Assembly (NCBI GenBank): GCA_951406725.2 | Contig: OX597828.1 | Coordinates: 13,578,001 to 13,642,000, forward strand | Length of the DNA: 64,000 nt | Source: Octopus vulgaris | Taxonomy: Eukaryota | Direction of reading: 5' to 3' | Part shown: one piece after another, positions 37,562 to 51,035 of the stretch | Numbering within the stretch: position 1 is the first letter of the stretch | Layout: the number at the start of each line of letters is the position of its first letter | Program-made: the position numbers and the translations under genes | The notes under the pieces: model-generated | What the model saw: only the letters and a program-made list of their open reading frames with translations | Database searches by the model: none | What the model was told of the DNA's origin: nothing

Positions 37562-39599
37562 AAATGTCTACAATCATCTGAACAAGAGAATCATAACAAA
37601 CAACTTATGATGAGAGAAATGATTTTTATGATACATGTTTGAACTAGTGAAAGTTTATGATACACATTCAAATTACTGATATCATTGTTGAAACAGGTGA
37701 GGTGGTGGTGGTGAATTAGTTGTACCAACTAATTAGTGTCACTGGAGACATCTGGTGACATCCTCTATCAGCAGTGACACCTAAACAGTGAAATAGAATG
37801 ACGCAAATTTACAAAGATGATGTTTATAACAGAGTTGGGAATGACTGGCAGAGAAGAACGGGAGTTAAAGAATAACAGATAAAACATGAGGAGCAAGCAA
37901 AAGAAAAAAAAAAGTTGAGTAATCAAGCATCACAGTATTAATAAGTTTCTAATGTGGGTACATGACCTGAAAATTTTGGGGGCAGGGGTTAATTGATAAA
38001 ACTGACCCCAGTACTTGACTAGTACTTTATTTTATTGACCCCAGAAGGATCAAAGAGTAAAACCAATCTTGGTAGGATTTCAACTTGGAATGTGAAGGAG
38101 CATAACTAAATACTGCAAAGCATTTAGTATATCACTAACGGTTTTGCTAATCTAGTGCCCTTTTATTATACTATAATATACAATAAAAATAAATTTGTTA
38201 ATTGGTCCCAGAAAATTCTGTAGCACCACTCCAGTGTTTTGTATAAAGAATAAAATCTTGAAAGAAAAAAATGCAAACATAACATTAAAATCAAAAACAA
38301 AATTTACAAAAAATCAAAATTGACAAAAAAAAAATTCAAATATAATTCATAAATAATGGTTAGAACCATGGAATGCAATCAAAATGAGTTGGGGTGTTAC
38401 AATCATTCTTAGATCTGGGGGTGTGAAAGACATGAATGTGATAAAGAGTTTAACAAAACAAAATATAATTTATACATAAAATTTTTTAGTGTTTTGTGGG
38501 TTTTTTTCACCACCATGTTCTGTTTTTCTACAAGGTGTAGAAAAAAAAATTGAACATCTAAGAAATACCTGGTTTGCATGTTGTTGCTATTTCTAGCACA
38601 AGTCAAGTGACTGTGATGATTCATTTTTAATTGATATGATTGCAAATGGAAACATCAGTTTGGCCTAACAAGTGGATTGTTACTGACAGTTGCCCCCAAC
38701 CTTACCTTCTAATTAATGAATTAAGATAAAACAACAGAATTTAACAATAAAATGTAATGTTTTTAGATGGTAGCGAAGAAATTGGGTGGGGTGGGGGTGG
38801 GGAGAAAAATTTCAGTTTTATTTGTGTATGAAGAAATGATTGTTGTAAAATAATTTTTGGGTGTTTACAACTTCTCAACAGAGAATAACCGGATCTGACA
38901 AATTAAAGGGTTAGGATCTGGACCTTATAGTTGGGTCTCAATCACCTTTGCTGGAGTGAGAACCACACATTCACATTCAAACTCACTACACATATATACA
39001 TACATACATTGATACATACACTATCACTCTGTCAATCGACCACCAATACTAATCATCTGGTGGTTTAAGATTTAGGAATTAGTCTACAAGCAAAAATTCC
39101 TTGACAATTCTATTATTATATTTCTCACAGATTTTTTTTTCTTATTAAATACTGTACAAGTTATCATAAAAAGTTTTTCCATTCACATTTCATCAGAATT
39201 TCATCAAACAGAGTAAACATTTATGTATACTGTTCATGTTAGTTGAACTGGTGTCATTATCTTGATTGTTGCTTTCACTACATTTTAGGGGTTGTATTGG
39301 AATTTGGAACCTAACCCACTATTTGATTCATGGGGGTACACTGTTCTCAATCTGTTCTCCGTGTTTCATGACATTTTCACTTCAGTTGATTTTTGTGAAT
39401 TATCTTAGTGCCTGGCCAAGAATTGAATTCAGAACCTCTAGGTGTCTGCACTACATTAACCAATGTCTTTACCATGCTATACAGTCATGTAGAGATTCTG
39501 AGTTCAGTCCCAGGCAAGGCACCGAAAGAAAAAAACGTCACAAAATGCAGAGTGCAAAGCGTTAGGTTCAAAATTCTGATACAACTGAGTTCAACATAA

Positions 39600-39643
39600 G
39601 ACACCTGAAGAAGGCTGGAGCATACAACAGCTGAAATGTAGTG
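39600..39643 (+). ncRNA. Minimal hammerhead motif, same family as 20940-20985
   Basis: GACAC CTGAAGA A GGCTG gagcatacaa CAGCT GAAAT GTA GTG; downstream CAAGAT.AGGACA..AATTCCTCAT is shared with the 20.9-kb copy. Confidence 0.6.
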
Positions 39644-40048
39644 AAAGCAACAATCAAGATAAGGACACCAATATGACCAATATAAACAGCATACAAGATA
39701 AAAATTCCTCATTTCAGTAATATTGAATAGTATTGCAAACATTTGAGAAAGCAAAGCAATGCAAGAATCTCTGAACTTAAGAGATAGAGTCATGTGTCAA
39801 TACTGATCTTTAGTTTTACCTCTTAAAGAAAAAAGAAAAACATTTTATTTTTAATCATTTGCTTGTTTAGATTGTTGTTGGGCTGCAGCCATGCTGGAGC
39901 AATGCTTTGAAGGATTTATCTGAACAAATTGAACCCCAGCACTTGTTCTATTGGTCTCCTGTTGCTGAAACTTAAGTTATGGAGACATAAACAAACCTAC
40001 AACAGTTGTCAATAAAGTGGTGGTGGTGGTGATAGGGGAGGTAAAATT

Positions 40049-40095
<47 letters not shown>

Positions 40096-40716
40096 TACAG
40101 TATTATACACCCATTTCAGTTGATCTTAATCAGTTTCACACCAGTTATATAATCAATAGCACAATTATCTAGAAACACACAGTAATGGCCCTATAATGTT
40201 GAACATGTTGACTTATATACTCACTCTACTGACAAAAACATGAGTGTATATATGGATTCTTAGACAACTAAATATAAATATATATATATGTACGCATTTA
40301 TGTACACATAGGCATACCTCATACTTAAACCTCTCAATACCAGGCATAAAAGCCAGCTTGCTCAACACTTCATCTCCCCACATACATAAAAACACACATA
40401 CACGCATAGAGGCAACTGAACAGAATTAATGTTTGTTCCATACCTAAAACAGCATGGGTAGAAATAAATATTAACAAATGGGAATGTTGAAAAGTATTTC
40501 TTTTTCCTCTTTTCTTTGTGGGATTTGTACATGTCTAGTGAATGGCTTAGTCTGAGACTGAGTGTGTTGTTGATGTTAAAGTAGTTACATCATGGAAGAA
40601 TCATTTCAGTGAAGAAACAGAGACTATTAAAATTCACTTTCCCTTCATATTGTCATGCAGCTGTGACCTGGTCACGGTCAAATAACAAAGGAAACATATC
40701 AATGAAAAAAAAAAAA

Positions 40717-40892
40717 TGAATTTAAATGTATTTTGTTGTACCTTGGGCAGGTCATTATGCTTATAGTATTAAATACATTCACTGGTTCTATTTCACTTCA
40801 TGCGAAGTGAATTTATATGTATTTTGTTGTACCTTGGGCAGGTCATTATGCTTATAGTATTAAATACATTCACTGGTTCTATTTCACTTCAT
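40717..40892. repeat. Tandem duplication, 85-bp units with a 6-bp spacer
   Basis: 40717-40801 and 40808-40892 are identical except for one base. Confidence 0.92.
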
Positions 40893-41945
40893 TTTTATTT
40901 GTCAGTTGGTTAATCATTTACCCAATTAGCTATTTGATTGTTTGATTAATTGTGCGGTCACTCAATCAATTAGCCAGGTTTGTCAAAGTCCTGTCATTAT
41001 GACAAAGCCACACACCATCACCTTACTCTACAATTTCATCCGAAAAATAAGTAATCACAAAGCCTCGAGGTAATGCATGATTAATTAAAAACAATGTGAA
41101 TAAATAAGCATTACATTTGACAGAGCATCCTGAATGCTAAAGAGTTAAACAATTTCTGTGTGTTTTTAAATGGTTCTTCCACAATGCAACTGGGCTTTTG
41201 AAATACATTTTTAAAAATCTTCTTAAAAGAGCAACAGGCCCTAGTCATTCAGTCCCTTTACAACGACCAGTCTCCTATTGGTGGAGGAAGAAAAGTTTCA
41301 GTCAAGGCTTATGAGGTTTAGATCTTTCCCATGAGTTATGAATGCATGAATGAGTGAGTTTGGGGTGGTGGGAGAAAGAGATGGCGGTGGAGGCGGCGGC
41401 GGTGGTGGTGGTAGTGGTGGCAGCGGCGGGGAATGAGAAGCAAGAGCAACAACAACAACAACATAAGGCAGGATAAAAATTTAAAATTACTTTGAAGCAA
41501 TAACATTAACTGTAACAACTAGGAGATGTTTCAAAAATTGTAGGGAATTTTACATTTGTTGGAAAAAAAATCCCAACCAAATTATTTTTTTCTTATTTTT
41601 GTTTTTTCTCTGTTGTTTCATAGAATGGTATAGAATAACAATTTTTTTTGTCTTTCTTTCTTTTTTTTTTCGGTAAGTATGAATATGAACATATTGTATA
41701 GCCACCCAAATATCACATATTATTAGACAGACAGACACATGTATATGTGCAGTCAACTATGGTGATGTTACAGTATTTTTGCATCTTCTATATATATATA
41801 TATATATATACACGCACACACACACATATATATATACATACATATGCATAGTCACACACTCACACAAACAAATATAATTACATATACATACACACATTTA
41901 TACCTATACATATATCATGTGTACGTATGCAAGTATGTGCATCTA

Positions 41946-42000
<55 letters not shown>

Positions 42001-42009
<9 letters not shown>

Positions 42010-42260
42010 ATTGAGGTAATCAGATCAGATGGTTCATATTTGTAGATATTTATTTATATATTACATTTTTTACATATATATCATATCATTCGGATTAGCG
42101 CTTGCTCCCATTCTAGTGGGTTTTCAAATCCCACTAGAAAACCCACTAGAATGGGAGCAAGCGCTAATCCGAATGATATGATATATATGTAAAAAATGTA
42201 ATATATAAATAAATATCTACAAATATGAACCATCTGATCTGATACCTCAATTTTTCTAAT
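42001..42260. repeat. Near-perfect ~124-bp-arm palindrome inside (TA)n
   Basis: 42001-42125 is the reverse complement of 42137-42260, with one indel and an 11-nt spacer. Confidence 0.95.
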
Positions 42261-42292
42261 ATATAATACCTGTACATCATCTCCAAACCTTC

Positions 42293-42328
<36 letters not shown>

Positions 42329-42460
42329 ACACACACATATATTGTATACATACATATATTAATATATATATTTCAAATGTAAAAGTTAAGTTCTTTCAAC
42401 AACCTTTGTGTGATTGTCATAGTTGTCATGTTGTTTGTAATGTGTGCATCTGTGTGTGTT

Positions 42461-42492
<32 letters not shown>

Positions 42493-42832
42493 CATATACA
42501 CACACAGAATGATAAACTGTTAGAGTGACCATCTTTTAAATAGTTTGGTTGGTAAACAATAATCTTGCTTCTTGTTCTTCTTCTTATTATTATTATCAAT
42601 GTATCTCTACAATCATCCTGGCATGCTACATGAGTTTCAGAAAGTATATTTTATAATAGGAAAGTAGGAGAAAGGAGAAAAAAAAATAGAGGAAGTCAAA
42701 TGGATTTCATAGTACAGGTTCTTTGATGTAGTTTTTTTTTATGTCTTTAGTCACATGATGTTACTATGCCAACAGGGGCATTTTTTTCCGTTTTTTTTTT
42801 GGTCTTTTTATTTTAATTCACTAAAAGTTCTT

Positions 42833-42939
42833 TTAAAAAGCATCCTTAATTTTACTGAAAGGACGAACAGCAATGTCAACAGGGAGTTTGAAGTTGATAG
42901 AATTGAGCGGTTCCAAGGATTTAAGGGTATCGTCAAAAC
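42833..42939 (-). CDS. RUNDC1: RUN domain-containing protein 1, last coding exon
   Basis: tttcag|GT; FDDTLKSLEPLNSINFKLPVDIAVRPFSKIKDAF*, matching the RUNDC1 C-terminus (LPVDLAVR..IKDAF). Confidence 0.9.
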
Positions 42940-43239
42940 CTGAAATTAAATGAAACAAAAATGAAATAATTAAAAATTAATTATGATAAATATCAATAAA
43001 TAACAAATTAATATTAATTATAATAAATATCAGGTGCAGATATTGCTGTGCGAGGCACATATGTGGTTGGGAGGCTGACAACGATCCCTCCAAGTCAATC
43101 AGGTCCATTGCCAGGGACATGGGAGCGTCTGAGTTTCTTATCAGACAGGTAGTGCATGAAGACATTTGGTATTCCTCATACAAGATGAGAAAGGGCCAAT
43201 TTTTATCCCAAACTATCAAGGACAAGAGGAAAGACGGCA

Positions 43240-43930
43240 CTACGAAGTTTTTAAACAAACTCTAGCATCCCCTCCAACCGAACATGCTTTGGTTTTTCTC
43301 AGATGAGGATCAGATGGTGCCAGGATCAGATGGTGAACATTCAGAATAAAAACTAGTTTTCTGTGCCCCCAAAACATGTACCGAGAGTGATAAAAGTGAA
43401 ACATTCAGTCAACATCATGGTGTTTGGAGTGATCACTAGCGATGGCGACATTATGCTTCCATTCATCTTCCCACACAGCCTCAGACTCAATACAGAGGCC
43501 TACATCAAGTGCCTGGAGTAGGTAGTGCTGTTCTGGCTCAAGAGGGTGGCTGCTGGAAGACCCTGTGTCTGACTACAGGACTCTGCACCATGCCACACAT
43601 GTAGGAGAACCCAGTCATGGCTGTCAGATAATTTCTGTGACCACATCACCCCTAACATCTGGTCACTTAACTCCCTAGACTGCAACCATCATGATTATTA
43701 TGTGTGGGGTGCAGTTGAGTGAGAAACCAACAAAACTCCTTGTAACATCAAAGATTAACTGAAGGCAAGGATTATGGCAGTGTTCACCAACTTAGACCAG
43801 GAGACCATCCAGAAGAGTTGCAGGAAATTCTTGAAGTCATCTGGCGGATGTGGTTGAAGCAAATGTTGATTTTATTGAATACATTTACTCTTTAGTATTT
43901 CAGAATATTTTAATGTAATTTTGGTAAATA
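43240..43930 (+). mobile_element. Tc1/mariner superfamily (DD37D/maT-like) transposase remnant
   Basis: Degenerate FFSDE..MVFGVITSDG..QDSAPCHT..W..NS.DCN..DYYVWG. Confidence 0.75.
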
Positions 43931-44180
43931 TATCTGTTAAAATGAGATAGCCTTGTGAATGGAGGTGATAGACAGAAACTGAAAGAAGCCTGTCATGTGT
44001 GTGCATGTGTGTGTCTGCTTTTGTCCTCAACCAGTGTTAGTGTTTTAATATTTCTGTAACTAGGCAAAAAAGACCAATAGAATAAGTACCAGACTTCAAA
44101 AAAAAAATTTATATATGCAATCGATTGGACCGCATGGGTATTTATCGCCCGTGAGGGTCTAATAAATTGTATCGAAGACA

Positions 44181-44258
44181 AATGCTGCTGATGACTTATA
44201 GATAAATATGTGAGTATAATTGCATATTATATTGATAAAGAAACAATTGTTTAGCATT
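44181..44258 (+). ncRNA. Type I hammerhead ribozyme motif with long stem II
   Basis: Stem I AATGCTG/TAGCATT (7 bp); CTGATGA 44188-94; long AT-rich stem II; GAAA 44240-43; C-AATT-G; GTT triplet. Confidence 0.8.
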
Positions 44259-44409
44259 AATCTATCTTTTCGTTGTATTTCACTTTCCTTAAGTTGAAGG
44301 TAATGTTATTTCTTTTGTGGAAACAACTTCGGTGGCTATACCAGAATAAGGAGCTATTTCTAGCAATAGAGTTAACCACTTAACGGTAACTCTCTTATAT
44401 TTACGTATA

Positions 44410-44451
<42 letters not shown>

Positions 44452-44550
44452 TACTGGGGTCGATTTGTTTGACCAAAATTTTTAAAGGCTGTACCCTATT
44501 ATGGCTGCAGTCTAATGACTATAATAATTGAAAGATGAAAGATCTATGTA

Positions 44551-44582
<32 letters not shown>

Positions 44583-46629
44583 AACATACACACACACATA
44601 CATCTATATATGTATAAATGTATATGTTTTTGTATGCGTGTTTGTATGTACCTTGTCTTGGCATCATGTGATGGCTGTAAACAAGCATCACCATCATATA
44701 AGTGTTGTTGTTCATTTCCAATCTTCTGTGGGGAACGTTTCTGGCCAGGGGAAGTATTACCAAGTGAGAATTGGCAGCAGGAAGTTAGCGTACAGCTAAA
44801 GCAAGTCTGCCTCAACCAGCCCTGTCCAACACAAGCACGCATAGAAAAGTGGACACTAAAACGATGATGATGATGATGATGTGTGTGAATTTGTGCATTT
44901 ACACATGTGTCTGTGTAACAAGATGAAGCCATCATACTATATCTGCTGACCTTTAATGAACGGCAACAATATGTTGGTTATTCAGTTAGATAATAAAGGA
45001 TGATCACCAGAAAGTGATTGTTTTGTAATGGTTCTGTCATCATCCCCATCATCGTTTAACATCCGCTTTCCATGCTACCATGGGTTGGATGATTTGACTG
45101 AGGACTGGTGAACCAGATGGCTGCACCAGGCTCCAATCTTGATCTTGCAGAGTTTCTACAGCTGGATGCCCTTCCTAATGCCAACCCCTCCGAGAGTGTA
45201 GTGGGTGCTTTTATATGCCACCGGCATGAGGGCCAGTCAGGCGGTACTGGCAACAGCCACGCTCAAATGGTGTTTTTTACGTGCCACCTGCACAAGAGCC
45301 AGTCCAGCGGAACTAGCAAGAATTAAATGTAATATAAAATTTCAAGAATTTTACATTGTGCCATTAAATGAAGATTAAGCAACTATTGTTTCTGATATGA
45401 CCCTTCATCAAAGATAATTCATGTTCCAATAAAGATATCTGCATCAAAAATATTTGTCTTTGTTTGATGTGAGTAACACAGTTTTATTATTAAGACTAAT
45501 AAGGCAGTAAGCTGGCAGTATCGTTAGAGCACAATGCTTAGTGGAATTTTGTCCACCTTTATGCTCTGAGTTCAAATGCTGCTGAGGCTGACTTTGCCTT
45601 TCATCCTTCTGGGGTCAATAAAATAAGTACCAGTTGAGCACTGGGGCTTATATAACTGACTAGTTGCATTCCCTCAAATTTCAGGCCTTGTAGAAAGGAT
45701 TGGCACGTAAAAAGCACCATCCGATCGTGGCTGTTGCCAGCCTCGTCTGGCACCTGTGCCGGTGGCACGTAAAAAGCAGCCACTACACTCATGGAGTGGT
45801 TGGCATTAGGAAGGGCATCCAGCCATAGAAACACTGCCAGATCAGACTGGGCCTGGTGCTGCCTACTGGCTTCCCAGACCCCAGTTGAACTGTCCAGCCC
45901 ATGCTAGCATGGAAAGCAGACGCTAAACGATGATGATGATGATGAATTTAGGAATTAAAGATTTTAAAACATCTACATCTACACTTGGCATTCTCACAAG
46001 TGAAGGTGTCATGAAGAAAGCACCCAGTACTGTCTGTAAAATGGTCAATGTTAGGAAATGCATCCAGTTGTAGAAACCATGTCAAAGCAGACACTGGAGC
46101 TTAGCATCGTCCTCTGGCTTGTTGGTTACTGTTGAACCATCCATGCTGATTAGGTGAAGGTGCATGGCTAATCGGTTAGGTGTTGTGTCTTTTAGCAAAA
46201 CACTTTGTTTCATGTTGCTCCAGTTCACTCAGCTGGTAAAAACGAGTTGTACTTGTATTTTAAAGGGCCAGCCCTGTCACATCCTGTGTTACACTGAATA
46301 TCTTTGAGAATTACGTTAAGGGTTCTGCGTGTTTGCGGAGTGCTTAGCCACTTGCATGCTAACTTCATGAGCAGGCTGTTCCATTGATCAGATCAAATGG
46401 AACCTTTGTTGTCATAACTGACAGAGTGTTGTCTGTTAGTCATATTCTTGATCAATTTGATCTTTAAGAAATAGGAAGAGAAATGGGAGAAGAAATGGAA
46501 GATGAAATGGCAGTGGTGGCAACAGCAGCAGCTCATATCTAAAGATGCCTGAAAAGCAATAAATCTTATTAGTAGCAACAACTCATCATAGAAATTTATT
46601 AACGATGGGAAACTTTGCAACCAACTTAC

Positions 46630-46724
46630 CAGTTCTGGCTACATAACTCCAGTCTTGGTAATAATAATCAACTAAGAATTGAGTTCGGAATAAAAGCTTC
46701 AGCCAAGTAACCAACTTTTTCTCA
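46630..46724 (-). CDS. RUNDC1: RUNDC1 exon
   Basis: aatag|T..ACTG|gtaagt; (N)EKKLVTWLKLLFRTQFLVDYYYQDWSYVART(G). Confidence 0.9.
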
Positions 46725-47567
46725 CTATTGAATAAATTAGGAAAAAGAAAAGAAATATAAATATATATATATAAAAAAAAATGCAAGCAAAATTTTTTGC
46801 TTGTTTTTTGAAATAGGTGACATTCATTTAAACCCTTTTGATACCAACCTACCTGAGGCTGCCCCTAGCCCTATGATGCACACTTCATGTTTTAAAGGGA
46901 TTTAAAACTGCTCATAAAAAGGAGAAAAAATGGGAGAACTAATAGGAGGGTTTATGTTCCAAACACCAGATTAATAATAACAAAGTTGTTTTACTGAATT
47001 CTTTGTTATTTTCAAACAAAGACAGTGTAAAGGGTTAATATGTCAATATTTTAGGCTCTGGGCCCTTAGATGTGAAAGAATAGGAAAGAATAGAAATGAC
47101 ATGTGATGTAAAACTATATTGTTGAAGACAACCATGTGGAGTCAGTAGTTTGGTAAATTCATGTCTACCAACTGGTAGAATCATTTCACCAGTTCCTAAG
47201 ACAAAACGCAATATGTCGTCTCCTTATCTCATTATACTATCTCCAAGACCAATCAGTAGCAGTTGACACAAGGCAGTAAATCTAAACTCAAAGAAGCTGA
47301 CAAGGGTCTACAGTACCAATAATGGTAATCTAAAAGAGATTTTAGGTGTCAAGTTGGGCTTATTTATATTTGTATTGCTTAGTTAGAAAGGAAGGACAGC
47401 GCTCATGACTTTTTGCAGGGGTTTCCAAGACAAGTGGATGGAAGATATTGTCTGGAGAAGGAAGAAAGGAAGGAAGATATCTTCATCTGGACCTGGTGCA
47501 AATGCCTGCAACAGAGTGGACTCTACTAAAAGCATTCAAGGGGCTAATTGGTGTTGTTAAACTACAG

Positions 47568-47823
47568 CAGTGGTTTTCAACTATTTATTTCTGATGGACT
47601 CCTTTGATTTTTATTTTCCTTGGGTGGGCCCTCATAGCCTTTCCATGTTTAAAAATTACTATTACATTTTCAGAATTAAATATTATTAGGAGTTGCATTT
47701 AAAAAAATTGTTAAACTATTTTGTGTAGTGTAGAATTATATGCAATTTTTGCAAATAAATTTTAACAACAAAATCTTATATGGACCCCGCAAGGATCACA
47801 TAGACTCTGGTTGGGAACCACTA
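47568..47823. mobile_element. hAT-type MITE
   Basis: Inverted ends CAGTGGTTTTCAAC and GTTGGGAACCACT. Confidence 0.6.
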
Positions 47824-49037
47824 AGCTAGGCAATGGATTGTGGCCAGTACCTAAGTAAGTTACAGTGGGATTTCAACTCAGCAGAGAACTAGAATAACTA
47901 CTACAAGGCATCCAGTGAGACTGGCATTTTACTGACCCTGGAAGGATGAAAAGCAAAGTGGACAAGCATGAGATTTGAACTTGGAAAGTAAGAAGCTGAA
48001 AATAAAACCCATAATGATTGCAGTGAGGAATGAAAGAAAACCTGGTGTTTGAACACAAGTCCTTCAACAAACAGAACGAACCTTTGTTCAAAATAATGCT
48101 TTCATTCCTTACAGCAACCAAACATATTTGTACCAACGAAGGAGTCTCTACACAGTCATTATATCTGCTAGAAATAGCAGATATGTCCTTAAATTACATC
48201 TTGTCATCTTTGAAAAGGACATACAGGATAATATGGTCTTAGGTTCCTTGCATATGAGGACAAAATTGGAATGGTCACAGCTAGAAGGCCTCTGATCATA
48301 GGTGTGATGTAGTGGCAAAACAACAGTGTATCCATCCATTCTTTATTTTCTCTCCTTGTTTCTTTCTCTGAAAGAGCATAGGCTCAAAATGTTAAAGACT
48401 TTTTCACTTCCCGAGCATTATACTAATACATCTGTTTGTTGCCTACACCACCTGTTTTCATCTTCTGTTTTTTTACCACAACTATTCCTGAGAGGGTCAT
48501 GGTCGTTGAATCCAGACACCTTCTCCATAGGGTCCTAAGAGAAGCAGCTGATATTAACAATTTCTGGCTGGATTCCTAAGTATAATAAACTGAGATTGTG
48601 CATATTATCCACCCACCTTGCTTGTGGCCCACTCCTAGTTCTTGGTTTGAAGAACATGCCTTGCAGCCCTTTCCTATGATGTTCTGGCCACATATGCATA
48701 AGTACCGGAGATTTGACCTCTCAATGCACAGAGATAGCAGCTTGATGTGGAGAGACTGCTGATCTTCGAGCCACAATCTCTGTTGAGTAATGTTACTTGA
48801 GGAGAATCCCATTCTGGCCACTTGCATTTGCAATCATACTTTTCTGGTCATTATCCACCACAGGTGAGGATAGGCATAATTACTAAATTGAAAATAGCAA
48901 GTCTGGCTTTTTTTTTTTATCAACCTTTCTTTTTCTGAGGATTGAATGCTGAAACTTGCACATTAATGTAGCAGCACCTGATAGTCTACCATCCAGTTCA
49001 ACACCCAGGCTCACTTGTGAATATGACCCTGTGATAC

Positions 49038-49256
49038 TTAACCCTTTAGTGTCCAAATTATTTTGTCAGATGTAATGTTTATATAATCAAACTGTTTTGA
49101 ATTAGTCATGGGAGCTTTGAAATCACGATGGTGTTATTGTTTATATTTAGAATGACATTGTAGGGTAGGTGTGTGAAGCCAGATCTGGCCAGTTTGAACA
49201 TAAAACTGGTACAATGTGTGGGCCTAATATGGCTGGTTTAAATGCTAATGGGTTAA
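49038..49256. mobile_element. piggyBac-like MITE with TTAA TSD (relatives at 53447-53620, ~29939-30180, ~46828-47038 and partial copies)
   Basis: TTAA CCCTTTAG ... GCTAATGGG TTAA; the same ends and internal sequence recur in several copies. Confidence 0.7.
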
Positions 49257-49553
49257 ACTTCTTCACTTGCCTCAGTGATGTTGCCCTAACATACTGAGTG
49301 CATTTGGGACTTTCTTGAGGGGACAAATGTCTCAGTCTTCGCAGCACTTATTCTCAAAACTTACTGCAGCACTCAGCAGTGAACCCAAAAATATCATATC
49401 CAAAAAACTCTCTTGGATCCTGACTAGTCTAATTTCATTCGGGTGTAATAAGGACATGAAGAACAACAATTAGTAGAAAATAATAAACAGGGGACAACCC
49501 CCCACCCCAAAAAAAAATGAAAAAATAGAAAGAAAAGTAGTAACTTTACGTAC

Positions 49554-49744
49554 TTTAATGCCAAACAGATGAATGCTTTGAAATGTGAATCCTCTGACCG
49601 TTTCAAAGGTGTGTGTGACTGAATAATGGTATCAATGGCTCCAAGAAGCGTTTGTTTTGCTGTGATGGGTTTGCCGCCCACAATGTCTAAATGGAAGGAT
49701 TGTGACAGCTTTCGTGCCGGAGATTCATTATATTCTTTACCATG
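49554..49744 (-). CDS. RUNDC1: RUNDC1 exon (RUN domain)
   Basis: aacag|CAT..TTAAA|gtacgt; HGKEYNESPARKLSQSFHLDIVGGKPITAKQTLLGAI..KRSEDSHFKAFICLAL. Confidence 0.93.
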
Positions 49745-50998
49745 CTGTTGAATAGAGAAAAAAAACAAAAAAACTTTTTACTTGTTTCAGTCATGTGACT
49801 GTGGCCATGCTGGAGCACCGCCTTTAGACGAGCAAATCGACCCCAGGACTTATTCTTTGTAAGTCTAGTACTTATTCTATCGGTCTCTGTTGCCGAACCG
49901 CTAAGTTATGGGGACATAAACACACCAGCATCGGTTGTCAAGCGATGTTGGGGGGACAAACACAGACACACAAACACACACACACACACATATATACGAC
50001 AGGCTTCTTTCAGTTTCCGTCTACCAAATCCACTCACAAGGCTTTGGTTGGCCCGAGGCTATAGTAGAAGTCACTTGCCCAAGGTGCCATGCAGTGGGAC
50101 TGAACCCGGAACCATGTGGTTGGTATGCAAGCTACTTACCACACAGCCACTCCTACACCTATATATATATATATATATATATAACAATCTTTTCTATTAT
50201 AAGCATAAGGCCTGAAATTTTGGCAGGATGGGGGTAGTCGATTACATCAACACCAGTATATGACTGGTACATATTTTATCAACCTTGAAAGGATGAAAGG
50301 CAAAGCTGACCTCAGTGGAATTTGGGCTCAGAACATTAAAAGCCAGGAGAAATGCCACTATGCATTTTGTCTGGTGTGGTAAATGCCCTGCCAGCTGGTG
50401 GCACAAGGCCAACAGTTTTTGGGAAAGGGCAAAATCGATTACATCAACCCCAGTGTTTAACTGGTACTTATTTTAATGAACCTGGAAGGATGAAAGGCAA
50501 AGTTGACTGCAACAGTATTTGGACTCAGAATGTAAAGCATTTGGGTTGGTGTGCTGCCTTAATTACAAGAATAAAAGAAATAATAACAAACATATTAAAA
50601 TATTAAAAGAGAGTCAGTAATAACAGTTACTTGAAATACAAAATTCTATTACGAGCCCAAGGCTACACATTTTAGGCAAAGCTGTAGCCAGTTAGATCCT
50701 TCCTCCTGCAACACATATACACCACAGAATTTGACTGGTACTATTTTATGACCATACTAAATGTGTGTTTATATTTTTATAAATATAATTGGCTTAACTT
50801 TTTACAGAAGAATATCTTATTACGTAAGTCATCTGAAAATAGTTTTTCAGATCACTTATGTTAAAATAGTTTTTTAATGCACAGGTGTGGCTGTGTGGTA
50901 AGCAGTTTGCTTCCCACTCACATGGTGTCTTTTACTATAGCCTCGGGTTGACCAAAGTCTTGTGAGTGGATTTGGTAGATGGAACTGAAAGAAGCCTG

Positions 50999-51035
<37 letters not shown>

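Noticed and set aside
36100-42832. Very long RUNDC1 3' UTR
   Set aside because: Composition is compatible, but several possible poly(A) signals exist and the end cannot be fixed from sequence.
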